30,824 nt of DNA from Cyanobacteriota bacterium (lineage in GTDB: Bacteria > Cyanobacteriota > Cyanobacteriia > PCC-6307 > Cyanobiaceae): the NCBI GenBank assembly GCA_041174245.1, contig JBEDHF010000004.1, forward strand, positions 1-30,824. The letters are read 5' to 3'. Shown here piece after piece: positions 17,836 through 28,697 of the stretch. Position 1 is the stretch's first letter, and each line of letters starts with the position of its first letter. Made by a program: the position numbers and the translations under genes. The notes below the pieces were generated by a model that ran no database searches, had not been told where the DNA came from, and saw only the letters and a program-made list of their open reading frames with translations.

Positions 17836-18585
17836 TCATTGCCCCAGGTAGGAGCGCTGCAGCTCACGGTTCTGGCGCAAATCGGCGGCCGCACCCTCCA
17901 GGGTGAGACGGCCCGCCTCCAGCACATAGGCCCGGTCGGCCACCGCCAGGGCCGCCGCCGCGTTCTGCTCCACCAGCAGGATCGTCAGGCCTTCAGCATG
18001 GAGGGCCGCCAGGGTGGCCATCAGCTCCTGCACCAGCTTCGGCGCCAGACCAAGGCTTGGTTCATCGAGCATCAGCAGGGTGGGGCGGGCCATCAGCGAA
18101 CGGGCAATGGCCAGCATCTGCTGTTCGCCGCCGGAGAGGGCACCAGCCAGCTGATGGCGCCGCTCCGCCAGCCGCGGGAACAGGCCATAACAACGCTCCA
18201 GATCCTGGGCCACGGCCTGCTGATCCCGTCGTAACCAGGCCCCCAGGGCCAGGTTGTCGGCAACGCTCTGGCTGGCCAGCACCCGTCGGCCCTCCGGACA
18301 GTGGCTGATGCCCAGCCGCACGGTGCGCTCCGTGCTGAGCTGATCGATCCGCGCCCCCCGCCAGAGGATCTGACCGGCCGTCAGAGGCACCAGGCAGGAG
18401 ATGGCGCGCAGGGTGGTGGATTTTCCGGCCCCATTCGAGCCGAGCAGGGCCACCAGTTCCCCTTGCTGAATCTCAAGATCCAGCTGATCGAGGGCGCGCA
18501 CACTGCCGTAGCGCACACCCATGGCCTCGAGCCGGAGCAAGGGGGCCGCCGCCCTGGGGACGCTGGCCGGAGGGTGCTGCATCAC
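17836..18585 (-). CDS. livF: Branched-chain/neutral amino-acid ABC transporter ATPase LivF
   Basis: GSNGAGKST, CPEGRRV, LSGGEQQMLAIAR, LDEPSLGLAP and VEQN motifs. Confidence 0.92.
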   Translation of the reverse strand: MMQHPPASVPRAAAPLLRLEAMGVRYGSVRALDQLDLEIQQGELVALLGSNGAGKSTTLRAISCLVPLTAGQILWRGARIDQLSTERTVRLGISHCPEGRRVLASQSVADNLALGAWLRRDQQAVAQDLERCYGLFPRLAERRHQLAGALSGGEQQMLAIARSLMARPTLLMLDEPSLGLAPKLVQELMATLAALHAEGLTILLVEQNAAAALAVADRAYVLEAGRLTLEGAAADLRQNRELQRSYLGQ

Positions 18586-19337
18586 TGACCGCCCCCCAGA
18601 TAGGCGGCGATCACCCGCGGATCGGTGCGCACCTGCTCGGGCGTGCCCAGGGCAATCAGGGCCCCGAAATCAAGCACGGCCAGACGATCGCAGAGGCCCA
18701 TCAACAGCGGCACATGGTGCTCGATGATCATCACCGTGAGCTGATGGCGCTGGCGCAGTTCAGCGATCAGCTGGCCCAGGCGCTCCTTCTCGCTGGGGTT
18801 GAGGCCGGCCGCCGGTTCATCGAGCAGCAGCAGCGTTGGCCGGGTCGCCAGGGCGCGGGCGATCTCCAGCCGGCGGCGATCGCCGTAGGCGAGGGTGCCG
18901 GCATCCCGCTCCGCCAGGCCGCTGAGGGCGAGCTCCTCAAGCAGGCCCCAGGCGGTGGCCAGGGCCTCGGGCTGCGAACGCCGCTGGGACGCCTGGGCCA
19001 CCAGCAGGTTCTCCAGCACGGTGAGGCGATCGAAGAGGCGCAGGTTCTGGAAGGTGCGCGCCAGACCGAGACGATTGAGGCGATCAGGCGGTAACGCGCT
19101 GATCGTCTGGCCCTGCCAGCACACGTCGCCGGAGCTGATCGGTGTGACGCCGGAGATCAGGTTGAACAGGGTGGTCTTGCCGGCGCCATTCGGTCCGATC
19201 AGCCCGAAGATCTCGCCAGGATGCACGGCGAAGCTGACCCGATCGAGGGCCTGGAGGCCGCCGAATCGGCAGCTGAGCCGATCGAGGCTGAGCAGCGGCA
19301 GCGACGACGAACTCATGGCTTCCCCCCTGTTGACCAA
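18582..19337 (-). CDS. livG: Branched-chain/neutral amino-acid ABC transporter ATPase LivG
   Basis: FGGLQAL, GPNGAGKTT, ARTFQN, LEIARAL, LDEPAAG and the C-terminal VIAAYLG. Overlaps livF by 4 nt. Confidence 0.92.
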   Translation of the reverse strand: MVNRGEAMSSSSLPLLSLDRLSCRFGGLQALDRVSFAVHPGEIFGLIGPNGAGKTTLFNLISGVTPISSGDVCWQGQTISALPPDRLNRLGLARTFQNLRLFDRLTVLENLLVAQASQRRSQPEALATAWGLLEELALSGLAERDAGTLAYGDRRRLEIARALATRPTLLLLDEPAAGLNPSEKERLGQLIAELRQRHQLTVMIIEHHVPLLMGLCDRLAVLDFGALIALGTPEQVRTDPRVIAAYLGGGQ

Positions 19338-20233
19338 CGCCAGCGGCCGATCCGCTCCAGCAGGGCCGGGGTGATCAGGCCCTGGGGCACCAGCAACGGA
19401 CCGAGCAGGATCACCAGGCCGAACAGCACCAGCCGGGCATCGCCCACCGGCCGCAGCAGTTCGGGCAGAGCCGTGAGCAGCAAGCCCCCGAACACCGGAC
19501 CGAGCCAGGTGCGGGAGCCGCCGAGGATCACAAAGGCCAGGGTGGTGACGCTGGCATCAAAACTTCCCTGGCGGGCATTCCAGGTGTTGAAGACATGGGC
19601 GGCCAGGGCGCCGGTGCTGCCGGCGAGCACAGCACTGAGCACAAAGGCGGTCAGCTTGACGCGGAGGGTGTGGATGCCGAGGCAACGGGCCGCCAGCTCG
19701 TCATCACGGATCGCGGCCATCGCCAGCCCGAGCGGCCGGGTTTCCAGATGCTGAAGGCCCCAGCCGGCAAGCAGCAGCAGGCCAAGGGCAGGCAGCAGGT
19801 AGCCCGAGGCCGTGGCGAACACCTGGGGAATACCGAAGATGCCGACAGCACCGCCGGTGAAGGGCAGGTTGAGGATCGCCACCCGCACGATCTCAACCAG
19901 GGCGATCGTGGCGATCGCCAAATAGATGCCCCGCAGCCGCAGCACCGGGCGACCAAGCGCCAGGGCCAGGCCGCCGCAGAGCAGACCGGCCAGCAGCATC
20001 TCCAGCAGCAACGCATGCAGCGGAAACGCGGCCGCATCAGCGCCGTTGAGGCCCGTGCCGGCCCCGACCAGCTGCGGGAAGCGGGTGGAGACCAGGGCCG
20101 CCAGGGTGCCACCGATGGCATAAAACGCTGGTGTGGCCAGGGACAGCTGCCCGGCCGCCAGGGGCAGATACACGGAAAGACCCAGCAGGGCTCCAAGCAG
20201 CATCTGCACCAGCAGGGCGTGGTCGATCATCAC
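19313..20233 (-). CDS. livM: Amino-acid ABC permease LivM
   Basis: GQLSL, LRLRGIYLAIAT, AIRDDELAA, VILGG and GPVFG motifs; multi-TM. Confidence 0.9.
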   Translation of the reverse strand: MMIDHALLVQMLLGALLGLSVYLPLAAGQLSLATPAFYAIGGTLAALVSTRFPQLVGAGTGLNGADAAAFPLHALLLEMLLAGLLCGGLALALGRPVLRLRGIYLAIATIALVEIVRVAILNLPFTGGAVGIFGIPQVFATASGYLLPALGLLLLAGWGLQHLETRPLGLAMAAIRDDELAARCLGIHTLRVKLTAFVLSAVLAGSTGALAAHVFNTWNARQGSFDASVTTLAFVILGGSRTWLGPVFGGLLLTALPELLRPVGDARLVLFGLVILLGPLLVPQGLITPALLERIGRWRWSTGGKP

Positions 20234-20262
20234 GGCATCGGCTCCAGGCCACGGCTGAGCAT

Positions 20263-21198
20263 TCAGACCTTCTCCACGGCACGGCGGCCGAGCAGGCCAT
20301 CGGGGCGCAGCAACAGCACCACAAACAGAATCGCAAAGGCGACGGCATCGCGCCAGCCGGAGAGGGCACTGGGCACGAAGGCCTCGACCAGGCCCATCAG
20401 CAGCCCACCGGCGATCGCCCCCGGCACGCTGCCAAGCCCACCGAGCACCAGCACCGCCAGGCCCTTGAGCCCGAAGGCCATGCCGAAATAAGGACCAGCC
20501 AGACTGACGCTGACGCCGATCAGGCCCCCGCCCAGACCGGCGAGCACACCGCTGATCCAGAAGGCCAGCCGCACCATCCGATCGCTGTTGATGCCGAGCA
20601 GGCGAGCGGTGGTGGCATCTTCCGCCACGGCCCTCAGGGCGCGGCCGCTGCGGCTGTGGTCCAGCCAGAGGGTCAGCGCCAGCACCGCCAGGGCGCAGAC
20701 CAGGAGCAGCAGCAGCTGCAGGGTGCGGATGCGGGCGGCACCGATGGCGAGCGAGACCGGCAACGAGGCCAGAGCCGAGGCCGGGAAGGCATAGCCCTCA
20801 GCGCCCATCAGGATCTGGAGCAGATTGACCAGAACCACACCGGCCCCAAGGCTGGTGATCAACGACAGCAGCGGTTCGGCCTGGCGGCGACGCAGCGGCG
20901 CGAAGGCGATCCGTTCCACCACGAGCGCCACCAGCCCCGAGAGCACGGCCGCCAGGGGCAACGCCAGCCAGAACGGCATCGCCACGGGCAGCATCCCCCC
21001 GGGCAGGGCGCCATTGACACCGATTCGACCGCCCATCAACAGATAGGTGAGGTAACCGCCCAGAGAGAAGAGGGCTCCCTGGGCGAAGTTGATCACCCCC
21101 AGCACCGAGAAAATGAGCGTGTAGCCGAGGGCCACAAGCGCGTAGACACCACCGCTGGCGATGCCATTGAGCAGGCTCTGCAGCAAAGCGTCGCTCAT
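20263..21198 (-). CDS. livH: Amino-acid ABC permease LivH
   Basis: NGIASGGVYALVALGYTLIF...INFAQG, GRALRAVAED and VLGGLGSVPGA motifs. Confidence 0.92.
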   Translation of the reverse strand: MSDALLQSLLNGIASGGVYALVALGYTLIFSVLGVINFAQGALFSLGGYLTYLLMGGRIGVNGALPGGMLPVAMPFWLALPLAAVLSGLVALVVERIAFAPLRRRQAEPLLSLITSLGAGVVLVNLLQILMGAEGYAFPASALASLPVSLAIGAARIRTLQLLLLLVCALAVLALTLWLDHSRSGRALRAVAEDATTARLLGINSDRMVRLAFWISGVLAGLGGGLIGVSVSLAGPYFGMAFGLKGLAVLVLGGLGSVPGAIAGGLLMGLVEAFVPSALSGWRDAVAFAILFVVLLLRPDGLLGRRAVEKV

Positions 21199-22547
21199 GG
21201 CCGCCTCCGATCCGGTGCTGGGCTCGGATCAAGGTCAATGTCCCGCACCAGGGTGAAGCGGCCGCGACGGCCATCGGCCTGCATCTGCACCTGAGCCACA
21301 TAAAAACGCCCTTGCACCACTTCTCCGTCGGCACGGAAACGGATCGGTCCGAGCGGGGTGTCGTAGCGGCCGGCCAGCAGCTCGTCATTGAGGAGGCGGC
21401 GGGCCTGGGCCAGGGTGCGCTGGTGAAAACCGTTCCGCCGCTGCAAGCGCTCGATCGCCTCAGCCAGCACCTGGTAAGCCGTCCACGCCTGGGCCGTGAT
21501 CTGCGAGGGCGCCTGGTCCGGGTGGCCCTGGTGATACAACCGCACAAAGGCCTGATTGATCGGACTGGCCAGCTCAGGGCTGTAGGCCTGGGCAATCAGA
21601 ATGCCGTCGCAATAGCGCTGGCAGATCGGATAGATGTTGGGCGTGTTCAGGCCATTGCCCACCACGATCTGGCCGCGATAGCCAAGCTCCCGCAGCTGAC
21701 GGATCAGGTTGCCCCCATCCACGGCCTGGGCGGAGATCACCACCAGATCGGGGCGCTGCTGCAGGGCCGCCGTGATCGGGGTCTGGAAATCGTTATCGGC
21801 GAGCTGGGTGCGCTGAATCGACACCGGCGCCAGGCCACGGGCGCTCAGGGCCTGCTGAAAAATGGCAGTTTCAGCGGTGCTGTAGGCATCGTCCTGGGCA
21901 TAGAAGACAGCGACGCGCCGGATCGAGGGATCACGGCGCAGCGCTTCCGCCACCGACAACGGCGCAATCACCGAGCTCTGGGCCGAGACCCGGCTGATGA
22001 AGCGTCCGATCTGGGGAATGCCCTTGGCGGTATTGGAGGGAGCGACCACAGGCACACCGCGGCGCTGGGCGATCGGATCGGCGGCGAAAGCCTGCTGGGA
22101 GAGGGTGGGGCCGATCAGGGCGATGGCGCCACGGTTGATCTGCAGATTGAAGGCAGCCATCGCTGAAGCCTCATCGCTGGCCCCGTCCTCGAGCCGCAAG
22201 ACGGCAGGGCGCCCGCAGGGGGTGGCGGCAGCCTGGCCCTGGAACCAGCGCCGTGCCAACGCAAGGCCGAGTCGTTGATCCTGGCCATAGAGATTGGCGT
22301 TGCCCGTCAGGGCGATCACAGCCCCGATCGTCAGGGGCTGATCGGGGTGGAGCGTCGCCGAGGCGGGATCATTGCGCTGACCGAGCAACACCAGCCCACC
22401 GAGGCCAGCCGCCAGCACCGCCGCCAGGCGCAGGGCTCCACGCCGTCGTTGCTCCAGGCGCTCCAGTCGCTCCAGTCGCTCTAGGCGCTCCAGGTTTTGC
22501 GCGGGTTGCAGGGTCAACTGGGCAGCAGTGGAATCCAGCGACGGCAC
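21195..22547 (-). CDS. livK: Periplasmic amino-acid-binding protein (LivJ/K, PBP1 fold); exact start uncertain
   Basis: TM anchor, then IGAVIALTGNANLYG, IGPTLS, IPQIG and DLVVISA motifs. First gene of the liv operon. Confidence 0.85.
   Translation of the reverse strand: MPSLDSTAAQLTLQPAQNLERLERLERLERLEQRRRGALRLAAVLAAGLGGLVLLGQRNDPASATLHPDQPLTIGAVIALTGNANLYGQDQRLGLALARRWFQGQAAATPCGRPAVLRLEDGASDEASAMAAFNLQINRGAIALIGPTLSQQAFAADPIAQRRGVPVVAPSNTAKGIPQIGRFISRVSAQSSVIAPLSVAEALRRDPSIRRVAVFYAQDDAYSTAETAIFQQALSARGLAPVSIQRTQLADNDFQTPITAALQQRPDLVVISAQAVDGGNLIRQLRELGYRGQIVVGNGLNTPNIYPICQRYCDGILIAQAYSPELASPINQAFVRLYHQGHPDQAPSQITAQAWTAYQVLAEAIERLQRRNGFHQRTLAQARRLLNDELLAGRYDTPLGPIRFRADGEVVQGRFYVAQVQMQADGRRGRFTLVRDIDLDPSPAPDRRRP
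22451..22494. repeat. 9-nt tandem repeat x5 (gctccagtc-like) encoding LERLERLERLERLEQ
   Basis: gctccaggc gctccagtc gctccagtc gctctaggc gctccagg, seen directly. Confidence 0.9.
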
Positions 22548-22882
22548 ACGTCTCTCTCGATGCTAGCCAGATCCGAACCCTGCCCATCAGGCCAGGAAAC
22601 AACAGCAAACAACACGCGAATCAGCACGGGGAACAGAAGCGAATGCCAAGGCGCAACACGACCCCTGAACCAGCGATTCGCCAATCCCTGCAACCGATTC
22701 CATCGATACCATCCAACAAGCAACCCATGGCGCGGGCTGAATCTTGAAGCCTCGATAGGTCGCCCCGGTCCCCCTGGATCCCTGATCTGAATGTCTGGTA
22801 GGGATGGCTGAGATCAAGACCACCAGAGCAAAGGTTCCAGGCCCAAGCTCAGACCCGACGCGCTTGGAGACTCATCGCACCA

Positions 22883-23407
22883 GTGCCAGAACAGGTGAGC
22901 CAGGATCCAGAGGTCGTGCCATCATCTCGCCAGAGGATGGCCCCCAGAATGCAGACACTCAGGCTGCGGGCCGCCCAGGCCGCCACCGTGATCCTGGCCC
23001 TGTTCGCGGTCATCATCACGGCGTTGCAATGCCGTGATTTCAAAGCCGCCACGGAGGTGTTTCCAATCAGCGGATTTGTGGTGACGCTGACCCTGGCCTC
23101 GATCGCCATCGGCTGGTCAAGAATCTCGCCCCCGATGTCGACGGTCGCTGAATTGAAGCGGATCAAACGAGCAGGCCTCGATCTGATCCTCTCCAGCGCC
23201 CTGACACTCAGCTCCGCTGCGCTCTTGCTCCTGGCTCAGGATCGCCTGTTGAAAGCCACCCCCCTGATCACACCGGTTCTGGTTGTCCATCTCCTGAGCC
23301 TGGGCCTGGGTCTGTTCTTCGGCTGGCTGGGGGTCGCCACCCTGCTGAACCAGGCCGCCAGGCCATCGCCAGAGCAGGCGGCAGACGCTGCCCTCGGCGG
23401 TGATTGA
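22883..23407 (+). CDS. Hypothetical four-TM membrane protein
   Basis: 174-aa ORF with four hydrophobic segments and no recognised family motif. Confidence 0.6.
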   Translation: MPEQVSQDPEVVPSSRQRMAPRMQTLRLRAAQAATVILALFAVIITALQCRDFKAATEVFPISGFVVTLTLASIAIGWSRISPPMSTVAELKRIKRAGLDLILSSALTLSSAALLLLAQDRLLKATPLITPVLVVHLLSLGLGLFFGWLGVATLLNQAARPSPEQAADAALGGD

Positions 23408-23766
23408 GAGCGCAGGCTTGCGATCAAGAGCGTCAATCGTGCAGAAGCGGCCGACCACAACAAGCTGAGCGCCAGCGATGGTCAGGCCACGCGGCCGAGG
23501 GTCCATGCCCCCTGCTGACAACCCTGCCAGAACGGGCGCTCGGGCCAACGCCGCACCTGCTGATGAATCCATTGGTGCTGCTGGCGGTAAACACGATGGA
23601 TCTCGCCAAGATGTTCGCTGTAGGCCTGCAGCGCCCCAGAATCACCGCTCTCTGCGGCGTGAATCGTGGCCGCCGCCCGCAGGCCTGTGTACGCGGAACT
23701 GGAGCAGAAGACCAATCGGGCCTGCTGAGGGTTGCTTAGCGGCGCAACACTTCCGCAGACCTCGTT

Positions 23767-25083
<1,317 letters not shown>

Positions 25084-25278
25084 GACGTGATCCGCAGACG
25101 GTGGGGATGGCGATGGCCGCCGGAGGCGAGCAAGCCGCAGACCATCCTGACCCAGAAGAGGCAGGAATAGCGGCCATCGTCTTCCCAGTTTGAAATCCGG
25201 CGCCCCCGATTCGCGGCAGGCCCGTGACAGCCAGACCGTTCTCGGTCATTCTGGGGCGGCGGATCGAGGCAGACGAGC

Positions 25279-26745
25279 TTGGACTGGGGCGCCATCCGCC
25301 GCGAACTGCTGCGCCACCTGCCGGCCCGCTCCGTGGTGTCCGCCCGTCAGGAGCTGCTCAGCTACGACTGCGACGGTCTCACCCTGCATCGCCACCAACC
25401 GCCCTTGGTGGTGCTGCCGGAAAGCACCGAGCAGGTGGCCGCGATCCTGCGGCTCTGCCACCGCGACGGCATCCCCTTTGTGGCCCGCGGCAGCGGCACG
25501 GGCCTCTCCGGTGGTGCGGTGGTCGAATCAGACGCCCTGGTGATCGCCACCAGCCGGATGCGATCGATCCTCTCGGTGGATCTGGCCAACCGCCAGATCA
25601 CCGTTCAACCTGGCGTGATCAACAACTGGGTCACCCAGGCCGTGGCCGGGGATGGCTTTTATTACGCGCCGGACCCCTCCAGCCAGGTGGCCTGCAGCAT
25701 CGGCGGCAACGTCGCCGAGAACTCCGGCGGTGTGCACTGCCTCAAATACGGCGTCACCAGCAACCACGTGCTCGGCCTGGAGGTGGTTCTGCCCGATGGC
25801 ACGGTCACCCAGCTCGGTGGCGAGGGCCCAGAGCGGCCGGAGCTCGATCTGCGCGGCGTCTTCATCGGCAGTGAAGGCACCCTCGGCATCGCCACGGCCG
25901 TGACCCTGCGGCTGCTGCGCGCACCCGAAAGCGTTGCCGTGCTGCTGGCCGATTTCGACAGCATGGAAGCCGCCGGTGAGGCGGTGCAGCGGGTGACGGC
26001 AGCGGGGGTGCTGCCGGCGGGAATGGAGATGATGGACCGGCTGACGATTGCCGCGGTCAACGACGACGAACGGCTTGAGAACTATCCGGCCGACGCGGCG
26101 GCGGTGCTGCTGATCGAGCTCGATGGCCAGGGTCAGGAGGTGGAGGCGGCCGTGGCCCTGACCACCGATCTCTGCCGCCAGGCCGGCGCCCGCACGATCC
26201 GGCAGGCCTGGGACAGTGCCGAACGGGCCCTGCTCTGGAAAGGACGCAAGAACGCCATTTCCGCCCTCGGGCGCCGCTCCAGCAGCTACTACCTCCAGGA
26301 CGGTGTCGTGCCTCGCGGCGCCCTGCCCTCGGTGTTGCGGGCGATCGAAACGCTCAGCGAGCGCCATGGCCTGCCGGTGGCCAACGTCTTCCACGCCGGC
26401 GACGGCAATCTCCACCCGCTGATCCTCTACAACGCAGGCGATCCCGAGGCCTGTGAACGGGTGCAGGTGCTCGGCGGCGAAATCCTGCGTCTCTGCCTGG
26501 AGGCTGGCGGCAGCATCAGCGGTGAGCACGGCATCGGCAGCGACAAGCGCTGCTACCTCGACTGGATGTTCAGTCGCGATGACCAGGAGACGATGCAGCG
26601 GGTGCGCCGGGCCCTCGATCCCCGTGGGCTGGCCAACCCCGGCAAGATCTTCCCGACCCCGAGGGGTTGCGCTGAATCCTCACGCACGGTGCGGGTGCTG
26701 CAGGCCGATGGCCGGCCCCTGCCCGAAGCTCTGGAAGTGTTCTGA
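25279..26745 (+). CDS. glcD: Glycolate dehydrogenase/oxidase FAD subunit GlcD
   Basis: RGSGTGLSGG, PDPSSQVACSIGGNVAENSGGVHCLKYG, GSEGTLG, QDGVVPR, FHAGDGNLHP, GEHGIG and NPGKIFP motifs. Confidence 0.92.
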   Translation: MDWGAIRRELLRHLPARSVVSARQELLSYDCDGLTLHRHQPPLVVLPESTEQVAAILRLCHRDGIPFVARGSGTGLSGGAVVESDALVIATSRMRSILSVDLANRQITVQPGVINNWVTQAVAGDGFYYAPDPSSQVACSIGGNVAENSGGVHCLKYGVTSNHVLGLEVVLPDGTVTQLGGEGPERPELDLRGVFIGSEGTLGIATAVTLRLLRAPESVAVLLADFDSMEAAGEAVQRVTAAGVLPAGMEMMDRLTIAAVNDDERLENYPADAAAVLLIELDGQGQEVEAAVALTTDLCRQAGARTIRQAWDSAERALLWKGRKNAISALGRRSSSYYLQDGVVPRGALPSVLRAIETLSERHGLPVANVFHAGDGNLHPLILYNAGDPEACERVQVLGGEILRLCLEAGGSISGEHGIGSDKRCYLDWMFSRDDQETMQRVRRALDPRGLANPGKIFPTPRGCAESSRTVRVLQADGRPLPEALEVF

Positions 26746-26784
26746 GAGCCAGGAGGCTCGGCCACGCCACCCGGCTCCAGCCAC

Positions 26785-27279
26785 TCAGGTGGGGAACCAG
26801 GGCAGGCCATAGCCGAAGCGGCCCACCATCCGCACCCCCCAGGCGATGGCGAGCAACACGGCCAGGCCGGCCAGGGCAACACCGCTGCCATGGGCTGGCA
26901 CCAACCGCTTCTGACGGATCGAGACCACGCTCCAGACGATCAACATCAGCGCTGCCACCGGTCCGATCGGATGCCAGTGCACCGCCGTGGCCAGATCGCC
27001 GTGCAGGCTGGCAGCCACGGCGCGGGTGAGGAAGCAGCCGGGGCAGGGAATGCCGGTGAGCGCCCGCAGCGGGCAGCTGAGGCCGGGCAAGCCGGTCTGA
27101 AAGCCCTTGACGAACAGATAGCCGCTGAGCACCGATGGCACCAGCGAGGCCAGCCGCCCACGGCTGAGGCCGCTGCGGCCGATCGTGGCCAGCTGGAGCC
27201 GGCCCAGGGCTTCCAGGGGCTGAGGGTGTGGGCGGTCCGCCTGGCTTGGCGTGGCGGGCTGCCGTTCGTGTTCAGCCAC
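26785..27279 (-). CDS. DUF2752-like membrane protein
   Basis: CPLRALTGIPCPGCFLTRA motif plus TM helices. The probable start is GTG 27279, overlapping the xth stop; the track's ATG 27339 lies inside xth. Confidence 0.8.
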   Translation of the reverse strand: MAEHERQPATPSQADRPHPQPLEALGRLQLATIGRSGLSRGRLASLVPSVLSGYLFVKGFQTGLPGLSCPLRALTGIPCPGCFLTRAVAASLHGDLATAVHWHPIGPVAALMLIVWSVVSIRQKRLVPAHGSGVALAGLAVLLAIAWGVRMVGRFGYGLPWFPT

Positions 27280-28144
27280 GGAAACCGCCGCGGCCAGCGA
27301 GAGCTTCCTGATCGCCATCGCCATCGTCGTCGTCGCCATCGGCGGCGGCGTCCCAGGCCAGCGTCACGACCACCGGCGCGTGGTCGCTGGGCTGCGGGTT
27401 CCCCCTGAGCTGGCGATGAATGCCACAGCCGATCGCGCAAGCGGCCAGCTCCTGGGACAGGTAGATGTGATCGATGCGCCAGCCACGATCAAGATCCCAG
27501 GCCCCGGTGCGGTAGTCCCACCAGCTCCAGTGGCCGGCATCGCTCTCGAACATCCGGAAGGCATCGACCAGCCGTTCGCCCAACAGGCTCTGGAGTGCTT
27601 CCCGCTCCTTGACGCTGGCCATGATGCCGCCCGTGAGGCGATCGGGGTCGTGCAGATCGCGGGCCTCGGGGCCGATGTTGAAGTCACCGACCATGCACAG
27701 CGGATCCCCCTGTTGCTCCTGCACCGCCAGATAACGCTGCAGGCAGGACAACCAGCGCAACTTGTAGGCGTACTTGTCGGAACGGAGCGAGGAGCCGTTC
27801 GGGACATAGAGGTTCAGCACGCGCACGCCGTCAATCAGGGCACTGATCACCCGCTTCTGCTCCAGCAGCTCCTGGGCGTCGGCATCCTCCGGCAGCAACG
27901 CCGCAAATCCAACCGCCACGTCCTCAATCGGCAGACGGCTGAGAATGGCCACGCCGTTATAGGCCTTCTGACCACTGATCACCACCTGATAGCCAAGGGC
28001 CTCGATCGGTTCACGGGGGAACAACGCATCGCTGACCTTCGTTTCCTGGAGGCACACCACATCGGGAGCTTCCTCCTGCAGCCAGGCCAGCAGCTGCTCA
28101 AGGCGCATGCGGATCGAATTGACATTCCAGGTGGCGATGCGCAC
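27272..28144 (-). CDS. xth: Exodeoxyribonuclease III (AP endonuclease)
   Basis: IATWNVNS, LQETK, YNGVAI, YVPNG, GDFN, WWDYR, WRIDHI and SDHAPV motifs. Confidence 0.97.
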   Translation of the reverse strand: MRIATWNVNSIRMRLEQLLAWLQEEAPDVVCLQETKVSDALFPREPIEALGYQVVISGQKAYNGVAILSRLPIEDVAVGFAALLPEDADAQELLEQKRVISALIDGVRVLNLYVPNGSSLRSDKYAYKLRWLSCLQRYLAVQEQQGDPLCMVGDFNIGPEARDLHDPDRLTGGIMASVKEREALQSLLGERLVDAFRMFESDAGHWSWWDYRTGAWDLDRGWRIDHIYLSQELAACAIGCGIHRQLRGNPQPSDHAPVVVTLAWDAAADGDDDDGDGDQEALAGRGGFRG

Positions 28145-28220
28145 GGCGATCAGGCTCCGGGGTCAGGGCGGGCCCTGGGCAGGCCCCGTACCATTACCCC
28201 ACGTTCTGCTCTCCCCCGCC

Positions 28221-28697
28221 ATGCGTCCGCTCCCGCAACGGGCAGCCCTGGCTGTGCTTCTGGGGTTCCCACTGCTGTCGCCACTGCTCTCGCCCCTTGT
28301 CGGTGGCCGGGGTGGTGCGGCCCGTGCCGACTACGCCTACGGCTACTCCAAGGTCGAGCAGCAATTCATCAATCAGGACACCACCGGCAACGGGCCAGGC
28401 AAGGGAGACTCCATCCTCGATTCGACCAACCCTCTGGAGCTGATGAACAAGCTGCGCCGGGGCGCGGCGATGGAGGAGGCGACGCCGCCGAAGGATTCAA
28501 TCGATGCGGCCCTGATGGAACTGGAGCAGCTCTCCAAGCCCGCCACCGCCTCCACAGCCGGCGTCAGCGCTGCTCCTGCCGGTGCTACGGCGAGTCCGGC
28601 ACTGTCCCCTGCGGCACTGTCCCCTGCGCAGCTCTCCCCGGCGCCGCTGGCTCCGAAGCCCGTGGCGCCGCTGCCGACGTCCCTGGTGAGACCCTGA
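28221..28697 (+). CDS. Conserved picocyanobacterial secreted hypothetical protein with an Ala/Pro-rich tail
   Basis: Signal-like N-terminus ending ARA-DY, and a core ILDSTNPLELMNKLRRGAAMEEATPPKDSIDAAL. Start at ATG 28221. Confidence 0.7.
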   Translation: MRPLPQRAALAVLLGFPLLSPLLSPLVGGRGGAARADYAYGYSKVEQQFINQDTTGNGPGKGDSILDSTNPLELMNKLRRGAAMEEATPPKDSIDAALMELEQLSKPATASTAGVSAAPAGATASPALSPAALSPAQLSPAPLAPKPVAPLPTSLVRP

